Below are positions 44,665 to 55,694 of a stretch of DNA of 64,000 nucleotides, one piece after another. The translations under genes were made by a program, and so were the position numbers. Source of the DNA: Planktothrix sp. GU0601_MAG3 (GTDB lineage: Bacteria; Cyanobacteriota; Cyanobacteriia; Cyanobacteriales; Microcoleaceae); assembly GCA_035193785.1 (NCBI GenBank), contig CP136572.1:4756578-4820577 (forward strand), in the 5' to 3' direction. Within the stretch, counting starts at the first letter, position 1; the number at the start of each line of letters is the position of its first letter. The notes under the pieces were generated by a model. That model searched no databases, was not told where the DNA came from, and was given only the letters and a program-made list of their open reading frames with translations.

Positions 44665-45777
44665 TTAGCCGCCACCTAGCGCCTGGGCGAGCCCAAGGAA
44701 GAGCGGTATACACAAGCCGATCGCAACGGGTGTACCGATGGCTGTGGATGCGCCGATGTAGGCGGAGGGATTAGCCGACGGAATCCCGGCTCGCAACGTG
44801 GGTGGGCCGGAGATGTCTGAACTCGAAGCCGCGATTACGGCCAGGATCACAACACCGCCTAGACTGAATCCCGTGGCGTAGTGGGCAATCATGCCGAGAC
44901 CGAAGGCGATGAACCCATGCAGCAGGGGTGCGACTATGCTATAAACAACGTACCACTGGGCTACCTTACGCAGTTCGCCAATCCTTGACCAAGCCTCCAT
45001 ACCCATGACCAGCATCAAGATCGACAGCAAGCCCCGGAAGAGGGGATCGTAGAAGCTTTTATAGACACTTTCCGGCTGGGTGAACAGGCCAAGGGCAATG
45101 CCGAGCAACATTGCCGATAGGGCAGGCCCCTGAAGGCTTTCCTGTATGATCGGCCATATTTTGACCCGATTATCCTCGGACTGCTGATTGCTGAGATACT
45201 CTTGCCGGGTGCTGGGATAATCTTGCTGATCGGGATAATTGCCTGCCGCCACGGGCTGCTTACTGGGATACTCCCCTGCTGCACTATGCTTCTTCTTGTT
45301 GAGATAAATGTTTGCCACCACAATCGCCGTTACGAGCGCTGGGATATCCATGAAAGGATAGAGTGCGGCAGCCCAGGCCTCGTATTGGATGTTTTGTTCT
45401 TCCAGTAGCGTCAGGGCGGCAGCCATGGTAGAGCCACTCACAGCACCAAATAACCCCCCGGTCGCAATCGCATCTACGGTTTTGACCTTCGGCAGATTAG
45501 CCAAAGTATAGCGTGCGATGAATACAACAAGAACCCCTACTGTTATAGCAAACGCTGCGGGTAAAATCATCTCCGTCAGGTTGGAATTGCGGATCGCCTG
45601 ACCACCGGTCAGACCAATTTTCATCAGCAGCATGAAGACGATGATCTGACAAATCGCCTCTGGAATTACCAATTCGCTACCGAGAGCGGCAATGACCATA
45701 CCACCAATCAAAAACCCGAGTGTCGGGGACTGCAACTGCTTAACGAAGTCCATTAAAAACAATGACCAAAAATCCAC
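44665..45777 (-). CDS. sbtA: Sodium-dependent bicarbonate transporter
   Basis: QLQSPTLGFLIGG, FGAVSGST, YPFMDIPAL and SSSDISGPPTLRAGIPSANPSAY. Confidence 0.95.
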   Translation of the reverse strand: MDFWSLFLMDFVKQLQSPTLGFLIGGMVIAALGSELVIPEAICQIIVFMLLMKIGLTGGQAIRNSNLTEMILPAAFAITVGVLVVFIARYTLANLPKVKTVDAIATGGLFGAVSGSTMAAALTLLEEQNIQYEAWAAALYPFMDIPALVTAIVVANIYLNKKKHSAAGEYPSKQPVAAGNYPDQQDYPSTRQEYLSNQQSEDNRVKIWPIIQESLQGPALSAMLLGIALGLFTQPESVYKSFYDPLFRGLLSILMLVMGMEAWSRIGELRKVAQWYVVYSIVAPLLHGFIAFGLGMIAHYATGFSLGGVVILAVIAASSSDISGPPTLRAGIPSANPSAYIGASTAIGTPVAIGLCIPLFLGLAQALGGG

Positions 45778-45960
45778 GAATATCTCCTTCCGCCTCCTCT
45801 AAAGAAGAGCAATTATTGTGATCAGTGAGCTTTAAGAAGTCAGGGTGCAGCGCTTCAAGCCTATAGCACAGGTGTTACGCGAACACTTGTCGGCAGGGGG
45901 TTCAGAGATAGACGCTCTCCGAATGGGGCTCGAAGGTGTCGCTGTCCCGCAGTAACTTCT

Positions 45961-45976
45961 ATAGATTAAGATCTAT
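45961..45976. promoter_or_regulatory. Putative NdhR/CcmR operator upstream of sbtA
   Basis: ATAG-ATTAAGAT-CTAT matches ATAG-N8-CTAT, ~185 bp upstream of the sbtA start. Confidence 0.6.
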
Positions 45977-46071
45977 TAAGATCCAAAATTCCATGTATTT
46001 AAGTCTATCCTTAAATGAGCACAAACTTGCGATCGCTTTACATGGATATGCCAAATAAATTTCAAATTCAA

Positions 46072-46163
46072 CAGGACTTACGCAAAACAACCATATCTAG
46101 TAGGGGCGAACGGCCGTTCGCCCCTACAGATGGTGTATAATTGGGTATTCTGCGTAAGTCCTG
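46072..46163. mobile_element. 92-bp MITE sharing its terminal repeats with the IS at 11316-12599, with a nested GTAG palindrome
   Basis: CAGGACTTACGCA ... TGCGTAAGTCCTG; internal perfect palindrome GTAGGGGCGAACGGCCGTTCGCCCCTAC (46100-46127). Confidence 0.85.
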
Positions 46164-46479
46164 TTTTTAAAATTTCTGAATCCATAATTTTAACATCCTT
46201 TCTATTTCTTCTGTTGTGACCAACCCTTTTTTGGCGACACTGTTTATATCCTTTTCTAAAACTTCTTTTAGGATTCTATCAGCTAATCTTTTTGTATAAG
46301 TCCTAAGGAAAAATAACCCACTAATCCTACCGTAGCGGTAATTTGTACTACAAACGGTAAAATTAAAACCGTTCTTAATGGGAGTTTCCCTATAGTTTTA
46401 ACTACTAATTGATTCCAGGGTGGAAGTAACATTATTTTTATATAACCATACTATCAATGATAGTGAGGGAATACCTATT

Positions 46480-46565
46480 GGTGTCAACTTAAGCCAAAAA
46501 TCTCTGATTATAGCCAAGATTAGATCCCCCTAAATCCCCCTTTTTAAGGGGGACTTTGAACTCTA
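46480..46565. repeat. Cyanobacterial-type dispersed repeat
   Basis: GGTGTCAACTTAAGC...GATCCCCCTAAATCCCCCTTTTTAAGGGGGACTTT with a CCCCCTT/AAGGGGG hairpin. Confidence 0.5.
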
Positions 46566-46653
46566 ATTCCCCGTCTTGATCCGGGTAGTGGGATCTCCCT
46601 CACTTCCTAGAATATACGGTTTAAATGCAGTATAACTTCTCAATACTGTCAGT

Positions 46654-47262
46654 TCAGTTTTGAGGAGAAGACGGAGCAAGTTCGGGTTCGGGAGATTGCA
46701 TCATTGTAGGAGAATTTTGATAGGATTTATTAGAGCTCATAGCAACTAAGGAAAACCCTAAATAGGCGGGTAAAATAATCGCAGTAATAAAAGCAAAAAC
46801 CGTTAACCAAGTCCCTAAATTATTAGATTTTCCATAGGTGGAACGATAGGGATCTTGCTTCATTTGATAGGGGTTTTCCTGATTTTCTAATCCTATTAAA
46901 CGTTTAAACCTAACCCTTCGGTCATCTAATTTTTCCACTAAAACCCAGCCCGTTTCTGCTTCTTCCTGACATAGCCGTTTAAAAACAGTTGGATTGCGAA
47001 ATACATCTTGACTGGCGCGGACAATCTTGTATTCCCATTCCCTGACCAAAGGTTCAGAGAATTCAGCATTAGAATATCCATTAGATTGTACGGATTTTGC
47101 ACGCATTTTTTTGATATCTTCCGAGTCGTAGCGAGTCAATGTTTCTTCCTCCTCCTGTTCTAATTCTAAATTAATTTGGATGGAACAGAGCCAGTTAGCG
47201 AGTAAAACCGCATCAATTCCTAGACTACTGACCATCAGACTTAATAGGGCAATTTCGCTCAT
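46654..47262 (-). CDS. Hypothetical membrane protein
   Basis: WEYKIVR..F..P..LCQEEA..GW.LVEKLDDRRVRFKR block and one C-terminal TM helix. Confidence 0.75.
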   Translation of the reverse strand: MSEIALLSLMVSSLGIDAVLLANWLCSIQINLELEQEEEETLTRYDSEDIKKMRAKSVQSNGYSNAEFSEPLVREWEYKIVRASQDVFRNPTVFKRLCQEEAETGWVLVEKLDDRRVRFKRLIGLENQENPYQMKQDPYRSTYGKSNNLGTWLTVFAFITAIILPAYLGFSLVAMSSNKSYQNSPTMMQSPEPELAPSSPQN

Positions 47263-47264
47263 AA

Positions 47265-48354
47265 TTAAGCTGGAGATAAATAACCTTCAATCCACAAATC
47301 ACAACCCACAGAAACCCCAAGTCATTTTTTCTAATAAAAGTGCCTCGGTCATCTGAGTAAAACCCAAATCCCCCACCGGAGAAGGCGCCCCAGTTCCCCC
47401 AATAATTTTAGGGGCAATAAAGGCTAAAATTTTATGAATGCTGCCATCTTTGAGTGCATTGGCGGCCAGGGTTCCCCCACATTCCCACAACACTGATAAA
47501 AATTGACGTTCATAGAAATAATTCATGACTTGGGCGGGTGTCAAGGGCGATAATTCCGCGACCTCTACCCCCTTATTCCGTAGAAAATCTTGGAAATCTG
47601 GATTAACACCCTCCTCTGTTATAACTAAAGTTTTCGCCTCTTGAGTGTCCCATAAATGGGCTTGTTTGGGTAAATCCAAGGAGCGACTCATCACCACTCG
47701 CAAGGGGTTGGGCTCCCCAGCATCGTGGGTGGTCAGCAAGGGATTATCCCGTCGGACGGTATTTCCTCCGACAATTACCGCATCACAGGCGAGTCTTAAC
47801 TGATGAACTTTTTGTCGAGCTTCTGTTCCCGTCACCCAATAACTATGACCTGTTGTGGTGGCAATTTTTCCATCTAAGGTCATTGCATATTTCCAAATTC
47901 CTAGGGGTTGATGATGTAGAATTTGATGAATAAATGCCTCATTTAACCGTTGACAATCGGCCGTTTCTATGCCAACAATTACCTCAATTCCCGCATCTTT
48001 TAAGCGTTGAACCCCCGTACCTGAAACTAAGGGGTTAGGGTCAACCATGCCGACTATAACTTTAGCCACGTTGGCGGCAATTAGGGCCTCTGTACAGGGG
48101 GGAGTCCGACCAAAATGATTACAGGGTTCTAAGTTAATATATACCGTTGCTCCCTTGGCTTGTTCTCCGGCATTTCTCAGGGCAAAAACTTCGGCGTGGG
48201 GTTGACCCGCCCCCGGATGAAACCCTTCTCCAATAATTTTTCCGTCCTGAACAATCACACACCCTACTAAGGGATTAGGCGCGGTTTTTCCTAATGCTTG
48301 ACGGGCTAATTTCAAGCATTGCTGCATCATTTGTTGATCAAAATTTAAGGTCAT
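47265..48354 (-). CDS. ribD: Riboflavin biosynthesis deaminase/reductase (frameshift near 47316)
   Basis: PNPLVG, HAE, LEPCNHFGRTPPC, KYAMTLDGKIA, DNPLL and ECGG; the shifted frame ends DLWIEGYLSPA*. Confidence 0.96.
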
Positions 48355-48452
48355 AGGATAGCGATATTCAACCGAAAACGGGAAAGGAAATTGATCTTGA
48401 TGTAGGAATTGAGATGTTAGCTAGTATTTATTTATAAATTAGAATCGAGCGT

Positions 48453-49235
48453 TTATTCAGACCCAAGAATGTCAATGGGAGCAAACATATAGTGTTGAAT
48501 CGTTGATATTCCTGTTCGGGAAAAATAGACTAACCAACTGACAATTCCTAGAAACTTAGGGGTTTTTTCCATAAGATATTTTCCTGAAAATGCGGTATCA
48601 GAGATCAGGGTATCAATAATAATAGAAGTGGCAAACAAGCCAAATGCTAAAATCAAAAATAGATATTCTGTTCGTTTAATATGCTTTCTTAAATATACAG
48701 TATAAACAACAAATAAGCCAAAATAGGTGAGAAAAACAATACCTTCCAAAAGGTTAGATAGTAAGGGGCGATGAGTAAAACCTAGCAACCACTCCAGAGA
48801 TTCACCGATAGACTCATGGATTTGTAACAAATCATCTAAACCTAACCAGGTGCTAAAAATACCGGAAATCACAAAAAACTTGAACCATCGCTGATAGAAA
48901 CTTTCGTTTAATTGAGTTACAAAGGCGGTAAAAAAACAAATCCCCGCACTAGCAGTCCAAGCTAAAACACATAAATTAGAAATTAATCCGGTATAGGGCG
49001 ATAAATGGGCGATTTCAGCCGGGTCAGAAACTAAAACATAAGAGGTAAGACCCGCCATCTTACCTATAATTTCGGCAATAATAATTACCAAAGTAGCAAC
49101 AATATAAATCTTGACCATACTCGGCAATGCCGATTTTGCCTGCCTACGCAGGTTCAAAACTAAGTTCCCAAAATTGAATTCCATTTTCAAATACCCCCCT
49201 TGATTTTGCCAATTACTGAATTCCTGCCTCTGCAA
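48453..49235 (-). CDS. Hypothetical multi-pass membrane protein
   Basis: About 7 hydrophobic segments and an LDD..QIHE motif; start uncertain. Confidence 0.75.
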   Translation of the reverse strand: MQRQEFSNWQNQGGYLKMEFNFGNLVLNLRRQAKSALPSMVKIYIVATLVIIIAEIIGKMAGLTSYVLVSDPAEIAHLSPYTGLISNLCVLAWTASAGICFFTAFVTQLNESFYQRWFKFFVISGIFSTWLGLDDLLQIHESIGESLEWLLGFTHRPLLSNLLEGIVFLTYFGLFVVYTVYLRKHIKRTEYLFLILAFGLFATSIIIDTLISDTAFSGKYLMEKTPKFLGIVSWLVYFSRTGISTIQHYMFAPIDILGSE

Positions 49236-49380
49236 TATTCGCTACCTATTGTTCTCGAGGCCAGCAATCGGACTTATTTTAACTTAAGTTTAAGTTTAGG
49301 TTAAGAACCCTTAATATAAAGTTAAATTTCTAGGGAGATATCTCGATGTTGCCCCTTTCAAACCCTCAATAATTGTTGAG

Positions 49381-50353
49381 TTAAACTATTCGCGGGTCAC
49401 GACGGGCTAATTGCTTTTTCAAACTTTGAATCACTGAATTAGAAAGCTCTCCAGGCAATACTCGTTTGATGAGCAATTTAATAATTAACTTTTGAACATA
49501 ACTTTCCCCAAGAATTGCGGGATAGAGTGTGACAGCCTGCCATAATTTTGCCTGGGCATAATCAAGTCCCTTGGCATCCGTATCATAGGCTAAACATAAA
49601 TCGGCTAGGTATCGATACAGAAAAGCCAAACTGCGATTTTTAAGCGGTTGTAATTCTGGGGGAGCCACCTGATAGGCTCGTTCCAAAGCGCGTAAACCTT
49701 CTTTTTCCATCGAGTCTACTTTAGAACTCATGGAAACCCGCCACTTTTCGATACAAAATTTGGGGTTTAGGAACAACGGCAAACTGAAATTTAGCAGCCA
49801 CTCGCAAACAAAAATCCCAGTCAGAAAAGACCAGATTTGGTTCATATCCACCGACAACATCAATCACTTCCCGACGCACCAAAATATTAGAACCACTGCC
49901 AATAAAATTACCTAATAATAAATCAGGATAAATATTTCCCTCCACCGTTGATTCAGTCCCTTGAACAAAGGAAATAGATTCTCCATCATCCATCATATTC
50001 ACCGTCCAACTATAGACGGCACTGGCTTGGGGATTTTTTTCTAAGGCGGCAATCTGTAACTCTAATTTATCTTCTGTCCACAAATCATCGTTATCAATAA
50101 AGGCAATAAATTCACCTTTTGCCTGTTCAATACCCCGATTTCGAGCTACAGAAACCCCACCATTAGGATAGGCAAAGACCTGTACCCGTGGGTCAGTAAT
50201 TTGTTTAACTACCTCTACGGTTTTATCTTTAGAACCATCATCAATCACTAGCACTTCAAAGTCTGAAAGCGTTTGTTTCTGGATAGATTCGATGGTTTCT
50301 ACAATAGTATTTTCCGCATTATAAGCCGGAATAATTACAGAAACTTTCGGCAT
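49381..50353 (-). CDS. Family 2 glycosyltransferase (frameshift near 49737)
   Basis: VSVIIPAYNAE, IDDGSKD, ARNRG, FIDNDD and DWDF. Confidence 0.92.
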
Positions 50354-50463
50354 AAATTCCCCCAATAAATCAATTAATTATCAGCCCCAATATCTATAAA
50401 AGAGGAGAATAAAATTGCTAATTCTCCTCTAGTTTCTTAAAAATCACGAGTGAATTTTCCGGG

Positions 50464-51613
50464 TTATTTAATGATTTTGTAAACCGCTTCAATCACATCC
50501 GCAACATCTTGATCTGTTAATTTGGGAGAAATGGGTAAACTCACAGTCTCCCGTCCTACTTTCATCGCACTGGGATAATCTTCGGGTTTCCAACCAAAGG
50601 TACGTTGATAGTAGGGATGTTCAGCAATGCTTAGATAATGTACTCCAACCCCAATTTTTTCAGCCGTCATCGCATCCAAAAATTCATCCCGTTTAATTCC
50701 TGTTTTTTCCTGATCAATCATAATTGTATATAAATGATAGGCGTGACGAGTTTCCGGTTCAATATCTGCGGGTAATTTTAACGGTAAATTGGCAAACGCT
50801 TCATTATATTTTTGCCAGATTTCCTGGCGACGTAACCAACTTTCTTCCACTCGGGCTAATTGATGAATTCCGATAGCTGCTTGAACATCTGTCATGTTAT
50901 ATTTAAACCCGCACTCATCCACGAAATAATGCTTAAATCCCGCATCAGAAAAGCGTTGCCAAGCATGGCGAGTCATCCCATGTAACCCTAAGACTTCAAT
51001 GCGTTTCAATTCGATCTTTATCAGAACAAATTACCATTCCTCCCTCACCGGTAATTACATTTTTGGTGACATAAAAACTGAACACTCCAAAATCTCCAAA
51101 GGTGCCCGCTTTTTTGCCTTTATATTCGGTTTCAATGGCATGGGCGCAGTCTTCAATTACGGCTAAATTATGCCGCTGGGCAATGTCCATAATCGCCTCC
51201 ATATTACAGGCGCGACCGGCAAAATGAACGGGTAAAATCGCCTTAGTCCGGGGGGTAATTTTTGACTCTATGGCTTCAGGATCAAGATTAAATGTGTCGG
51301 GGTTAATATCCACAATCACCGGAGTTGCCCCACTATGAATAATGGCATTTACCGTGGCACAAAATGTCATGGATGTGGTGATAATTTCATCCCCAGGTTC
51401 TAACTTTAAGGCAACACAGGAAAGATGTAATCCTGCCGTGCAAGAATTCAGCGCGGCGGCATAGGGAACTCCTTTATAAGCCGCAAAATCCTCTTGAAAT
51501 CGCTTCACTTTAGGGCCAGTTCCCAGCCAGCCGGACTTCAAACTATCGACGACTTCATCAATTTCGGCTTGATGGATTTGAGGGGAAGCAAAAACTAGAA
51601 ATGTTTCTCTCAT
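50464..51613 (-). CDS. DegT/DnrJ/EryC1/StrS PLP-dependent sugar aminotransferase (frameshift near 51005)
   Basis: NSCTAGL, PVHFAG, IEDCAHA, FSFYVTKNVITGEGG and SLPI. Confidence 0.94.
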
Positions 51614-52184
51614 TTTTTTTAGTCTAGTAGTAAATTACCATAAACAACAAAGGCTCATTTTTCTTAACGAAAAACCAAAGTTGGCTATGAACACCCTGAA
51701 ATTTAGCACCCCAACTTTTGGTTTTAATCGTAGTCATAATAGCAATTCTTGAAAATGGTCATTATCACTTGCTTGATTCTAATAATGATAGGTTGAGACA
51801 AAGTTAAATTCATCTGCCCAAACATAGTACATTTTCCTTAGCTTGTCAATTGCACTGGAAAAATGATAGGATGGCAAGCGCCAATGAGTTGTTATGATTC
51901 AAGGCGGATATGAAGCAACCCAGAGTATTATCCCTGTTAACTATTCCCTATTATAAGAAAGCTATTGACATTAATTTAATGAGATTGCGATATGCTGTTT
52001 TTGATACAAAAAAATTGGTATTAGGGGTTTAAATGTTACAATAATGCGAAATAATTAGGGAAAAACAGAGAACATTAAGGCAGATGATACAAATGGAATT
52101 ATCCCATTAACTTAAAAGGTAGCCTTTCTTAACAGTTGCATCTACTGTTTTAACTTGAAACCCATTTCTGTAGGAAGTACAAAC

Positions 52185-53259
52185 ATGGATATTAATATTG
52201 GGATCTTAGCTTACAATGAGGCTGTTACTATCCCTAAAATGCTGGATTCCTTATTCAAACAAACCCTATTCACCCAGCCCCGTTCTGATTTGGATATTGA
52301 AATTTGTGTTATTCCTAATGCCTGTACCGATCAAACAGCCAGCATTGCCGCCACAACCTTAGAAAATCTGGTCAAGCCAGATATTCACACCCACGTTAAA
52401 TGGTCTATTTATGAAATAGAAACGCCCAGGAAAATCTAATGCTTGGAATGAATTTGTGCATCATTATTCCAATCCCAATGCGGACTATTTATTTTTAATG
52501 GATGCTGATATTATTATTCTCGATCCCCAAACCCTGACCTCCATGCTGCAACTGTTAGAAACCAGTTCAGAAACCTATGTAGCAATGGATCGACAAATTA
52601 AAGATGTTAGCTTAAAACCTAATAAAAACCTTTTAGAATTGCTGTCGGTGAAGGTCTCTAGTTTATCAGGAAATAATGCGGGAGAACTGCAACCGGTTTG
52701 GCTTTGTGGTCAACTTTACCTAGCCCGCGCTCATATTCTCCGTCGAATTTGGCTACCCACAACCCTGCCGACTCAAGACAGTTTTTTATATAGTATGATT
52801 GTCACCAATGGTTTCAAAGAAGAAGAACAACCCAAGCGCGTAATTCAAGCCCCATCGGCTTCCCATATCTTTGAAGCCTATACCAATATTCGGAGTTTAC
52901 TCCGCCATCAAAAATGGTTAATGATCGGACAAATAGTTGGTAAACTGGTTTCTGAGTCCTTCTTAAATCGGGCAGATCAAGAGGATATTGGAACAATGAT
53001 TAAAAACAATAATCAAAGAGATCCTTTATGGCTGGATGAGATGGTTCAAAAGATGATTGCTAATAAAGGTTGGTGGTTAATTCCCGATGTGATTTTGACT
53101 CGAAGATTTAAAAGTTTGGCGAATAAATCCTTTTTGAAAGCTATATTATTTTTCCCCTTAGCTTGTGTTGCTTTTGGGGTCGATTTATGGGTAGCATTTC
53201 AAGCAAATTCTGCACTTCATAAAGGAGAAGCCCTGGGTCATTGGAAGAAAAATCAATAG
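52185..53259 (+). CDS. Family 2 (GT-A) glycosyltransferase (frameshift near 52430)
   Basis: IGILAYNE, NACTDQT, GKSNAWN, FLMDAD and GQLY. Confidence 0.85.
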
Positions 53260-53342
53260 GGGGAATTAGCGTTGACACTCAAAATATGAGTTAAAATTGG
53301 TGTATGATTTCCTTTAGTAAGTGCTAATTTAATCATCGAGCC

Positions 53343-55620
53343 ATGAAAACCATCAAAAATTGGCGATTAGGCCGCGAGCAATTAACCTTAGCAATTTTAA
53401 CCTTTTTGAGTGTCATTTTTATGCAAAATATGTTCACTGCTTCCGAACAACAGCCACCCTGTTCACCTACGCCAGAATTTTCGATATTTAAGACATCTAC
53501 CGGGGAAAATTATCAATGGACTAACCTCAGAATGGGGGGAGGAGGATTTGTAACTGGAATAGTAATTCATCCCACAATTCCTAATTTAATTTATGCTAGA
53601 ACTGATGTTGGTGGATTATATCGTTGGCAACCGGAAAAACAAACCTGGACACAACTGATCAAATCAGATACTGTGCCTCAAGAAGTGCCATTAAATATTG
53701 AAAGTGTAGCTCTTGATCCCCAAAATCCTAATATTGTTTATGCGGCGATCAGAGCCTACACTCAATCTAATAATAAATTAAAACCTGGTATTCTCTTAAA
53801 ATCAGAAAATCAAGGACAATCTTGGAAAGTTCTGAACTTGACCGTGCCCATGGGAGGAAATGAATTTTGGCGCTGGACGGGGGAACGTTTAGCGGTTGAT
53901 CCTAAAAATAGTAATATTGTTTATTTTGGTTCCCGTTTGAATGGACTTTGGTATAGTCAAAATGGCGGAGAATCTTGGAATCAAATTAACTCGGAACAAG
54001 TCCCTATTGGTGAAGCACACCCGGAAACCAATCAAAAAGCTGGGGTAAGTTTTGTGACTTTTGACCCAACAGCAGAAATCCTAGAGGGAAAAACAAAAAT
54101 TATCTATGTGGGAGTTGCCGGAAAGGGAGTTTATCGCAGTCAAAATGCGGGTCAAACTTGGGAATTATTGCCGCACAGTTTTGATGTTAAATTAGTCCCT
54201 CAACAGGGCGTTGTCAATCGCAAAGGTGAATTAATTGTTACTTTTTACCATAGCCAAAAACAACCCGATGGTAAGGTACTTAAATACACGAATAATATCT
54301 GGGAAAATATTACCCCCAAACCGGGAGTCAACTATTCTCCCGTAGCTGTCGATCCCCAAAAACCCGATACTATTTTTGTCAGTAGTTATCCCATGACCCC
54401 TAATGATATTTATCGTTCAACCGATGGGGGAAAACAGTGGACGAGCTTAAAAAATCAATTAAATAAAGTTTCTTGGTGGCCCGATTGGAGTTTTTATACT
54501 TTAATTGGTACGATCGCAATTTCCCCGCAAAATTCCAATCAAGTTTGGTTAACTAATGGGTTCGGAATCTGGAAAACCGAAGACGGATCAAAAGATCAAA
54601 TTACCTGGTCAGGAACGGTGAATGGATTAGAGGAAACCGTAGCTTTTGATGCGGTAAGTCTTCCAGGAGATAATGGTGTAATTACGGCGATCGCTGATTT
54701 AGATGGAGTTCGCAATGACTCTTTTTGTGAAGTTCCCAAAACCTCCCATGCTCAAGGAGTATTCAATACCACAACCCAATTAGCCTATAGTTTTAATTCT
54801 CCTAATTTTGTCGTTTCCGTGGGAGCAAATCATCACGAACCCTATAAAATCAGAGCCGGATTTTCTCAAGATCATGGCAGAACTTGGCAGCAATTTGACT
54901 CAATCAAAAATAAAACCCATCCGGCGGAATTAGTCTTTGGCAATGTAGCGGTTTCTGCAACAAATCCCGATAATATTATTTGGCAACCCACCCAGGATAA
55001 GTTACCCTACTACACAAAAGATCGGGGGAAAACCTGGAATAAAATTGATTTTTTTGCACAAGAAACCATCGGAGGTGGTGCCCATACCCATCTCTGGAAC
55101 CGACAACAATCCTTAGCGGCGGACTCCTTACAAGCAGATACATTTTATATTTATCATCACCGTCCAGGGTATTTCCTCCGCAGCAAAAATGGGGGAGAAA
55201 CCTGGGAAATTGCCAATCAAACCTTACCTAGCGGCGTCTGGAATGGTGCTAACGTCAAAACCGTCCCCGGAATCGCGGGGGAAGTTTGGGTGAGTCTCAA
55301 AGAAAAAGGAATCTATCGCTCCAAGGACTTTGGACAAAATTTTAGTCCCCTAGCTGGGGTTGAGGAAGCTCAGGTTTTAACCTTTGGCAAAGCCGCCCCC
55401 GGGACAAACTATCCGACCGTGTTTATTCAGGGACGCATCAAGGGTGAACGCGGTGTTTTTCGTTTCCATTGATGCGGGTCAAACTTGGGTGAGAATTGCC
55501 GACTATCCGATGCGCTCCTTTGCTGAAGCAATGGTGATTGTCGGGGATATGAATAGTTTTGGCCGGGTGTTTATTGGAACTGGGGGAAATGGGTTTATTT
55601 ATGGACAACCATCACCCTAA
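53343..55620 (+). CDS. Secreted BNR/Asp-box beta-propeller glycoside hydrolase, GH74 (xyloglucanase)-like (frameshift near 55465)
   Basis: GGGGFVTGI, YARTDVGGLYRW, GERLAVDP, repeated S.[DN]GG..W Asp-boxes, GLEE and GRVFIGTGGNG. Confidence 0.85.
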
Positions 55621-55694
55621 TTTGATATTTCTGCCTTGAATAAAGCAAAATGACTTTATGGTGACATCAATCAAATTGTGTCAAAATCGAAGTC

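Noticed and set aside
46338..46351. NtcA box GTA-N8-TAC
   Set aside because: A 6-bp match in AT-rich DNA with no convincing linked -10 or target gene.
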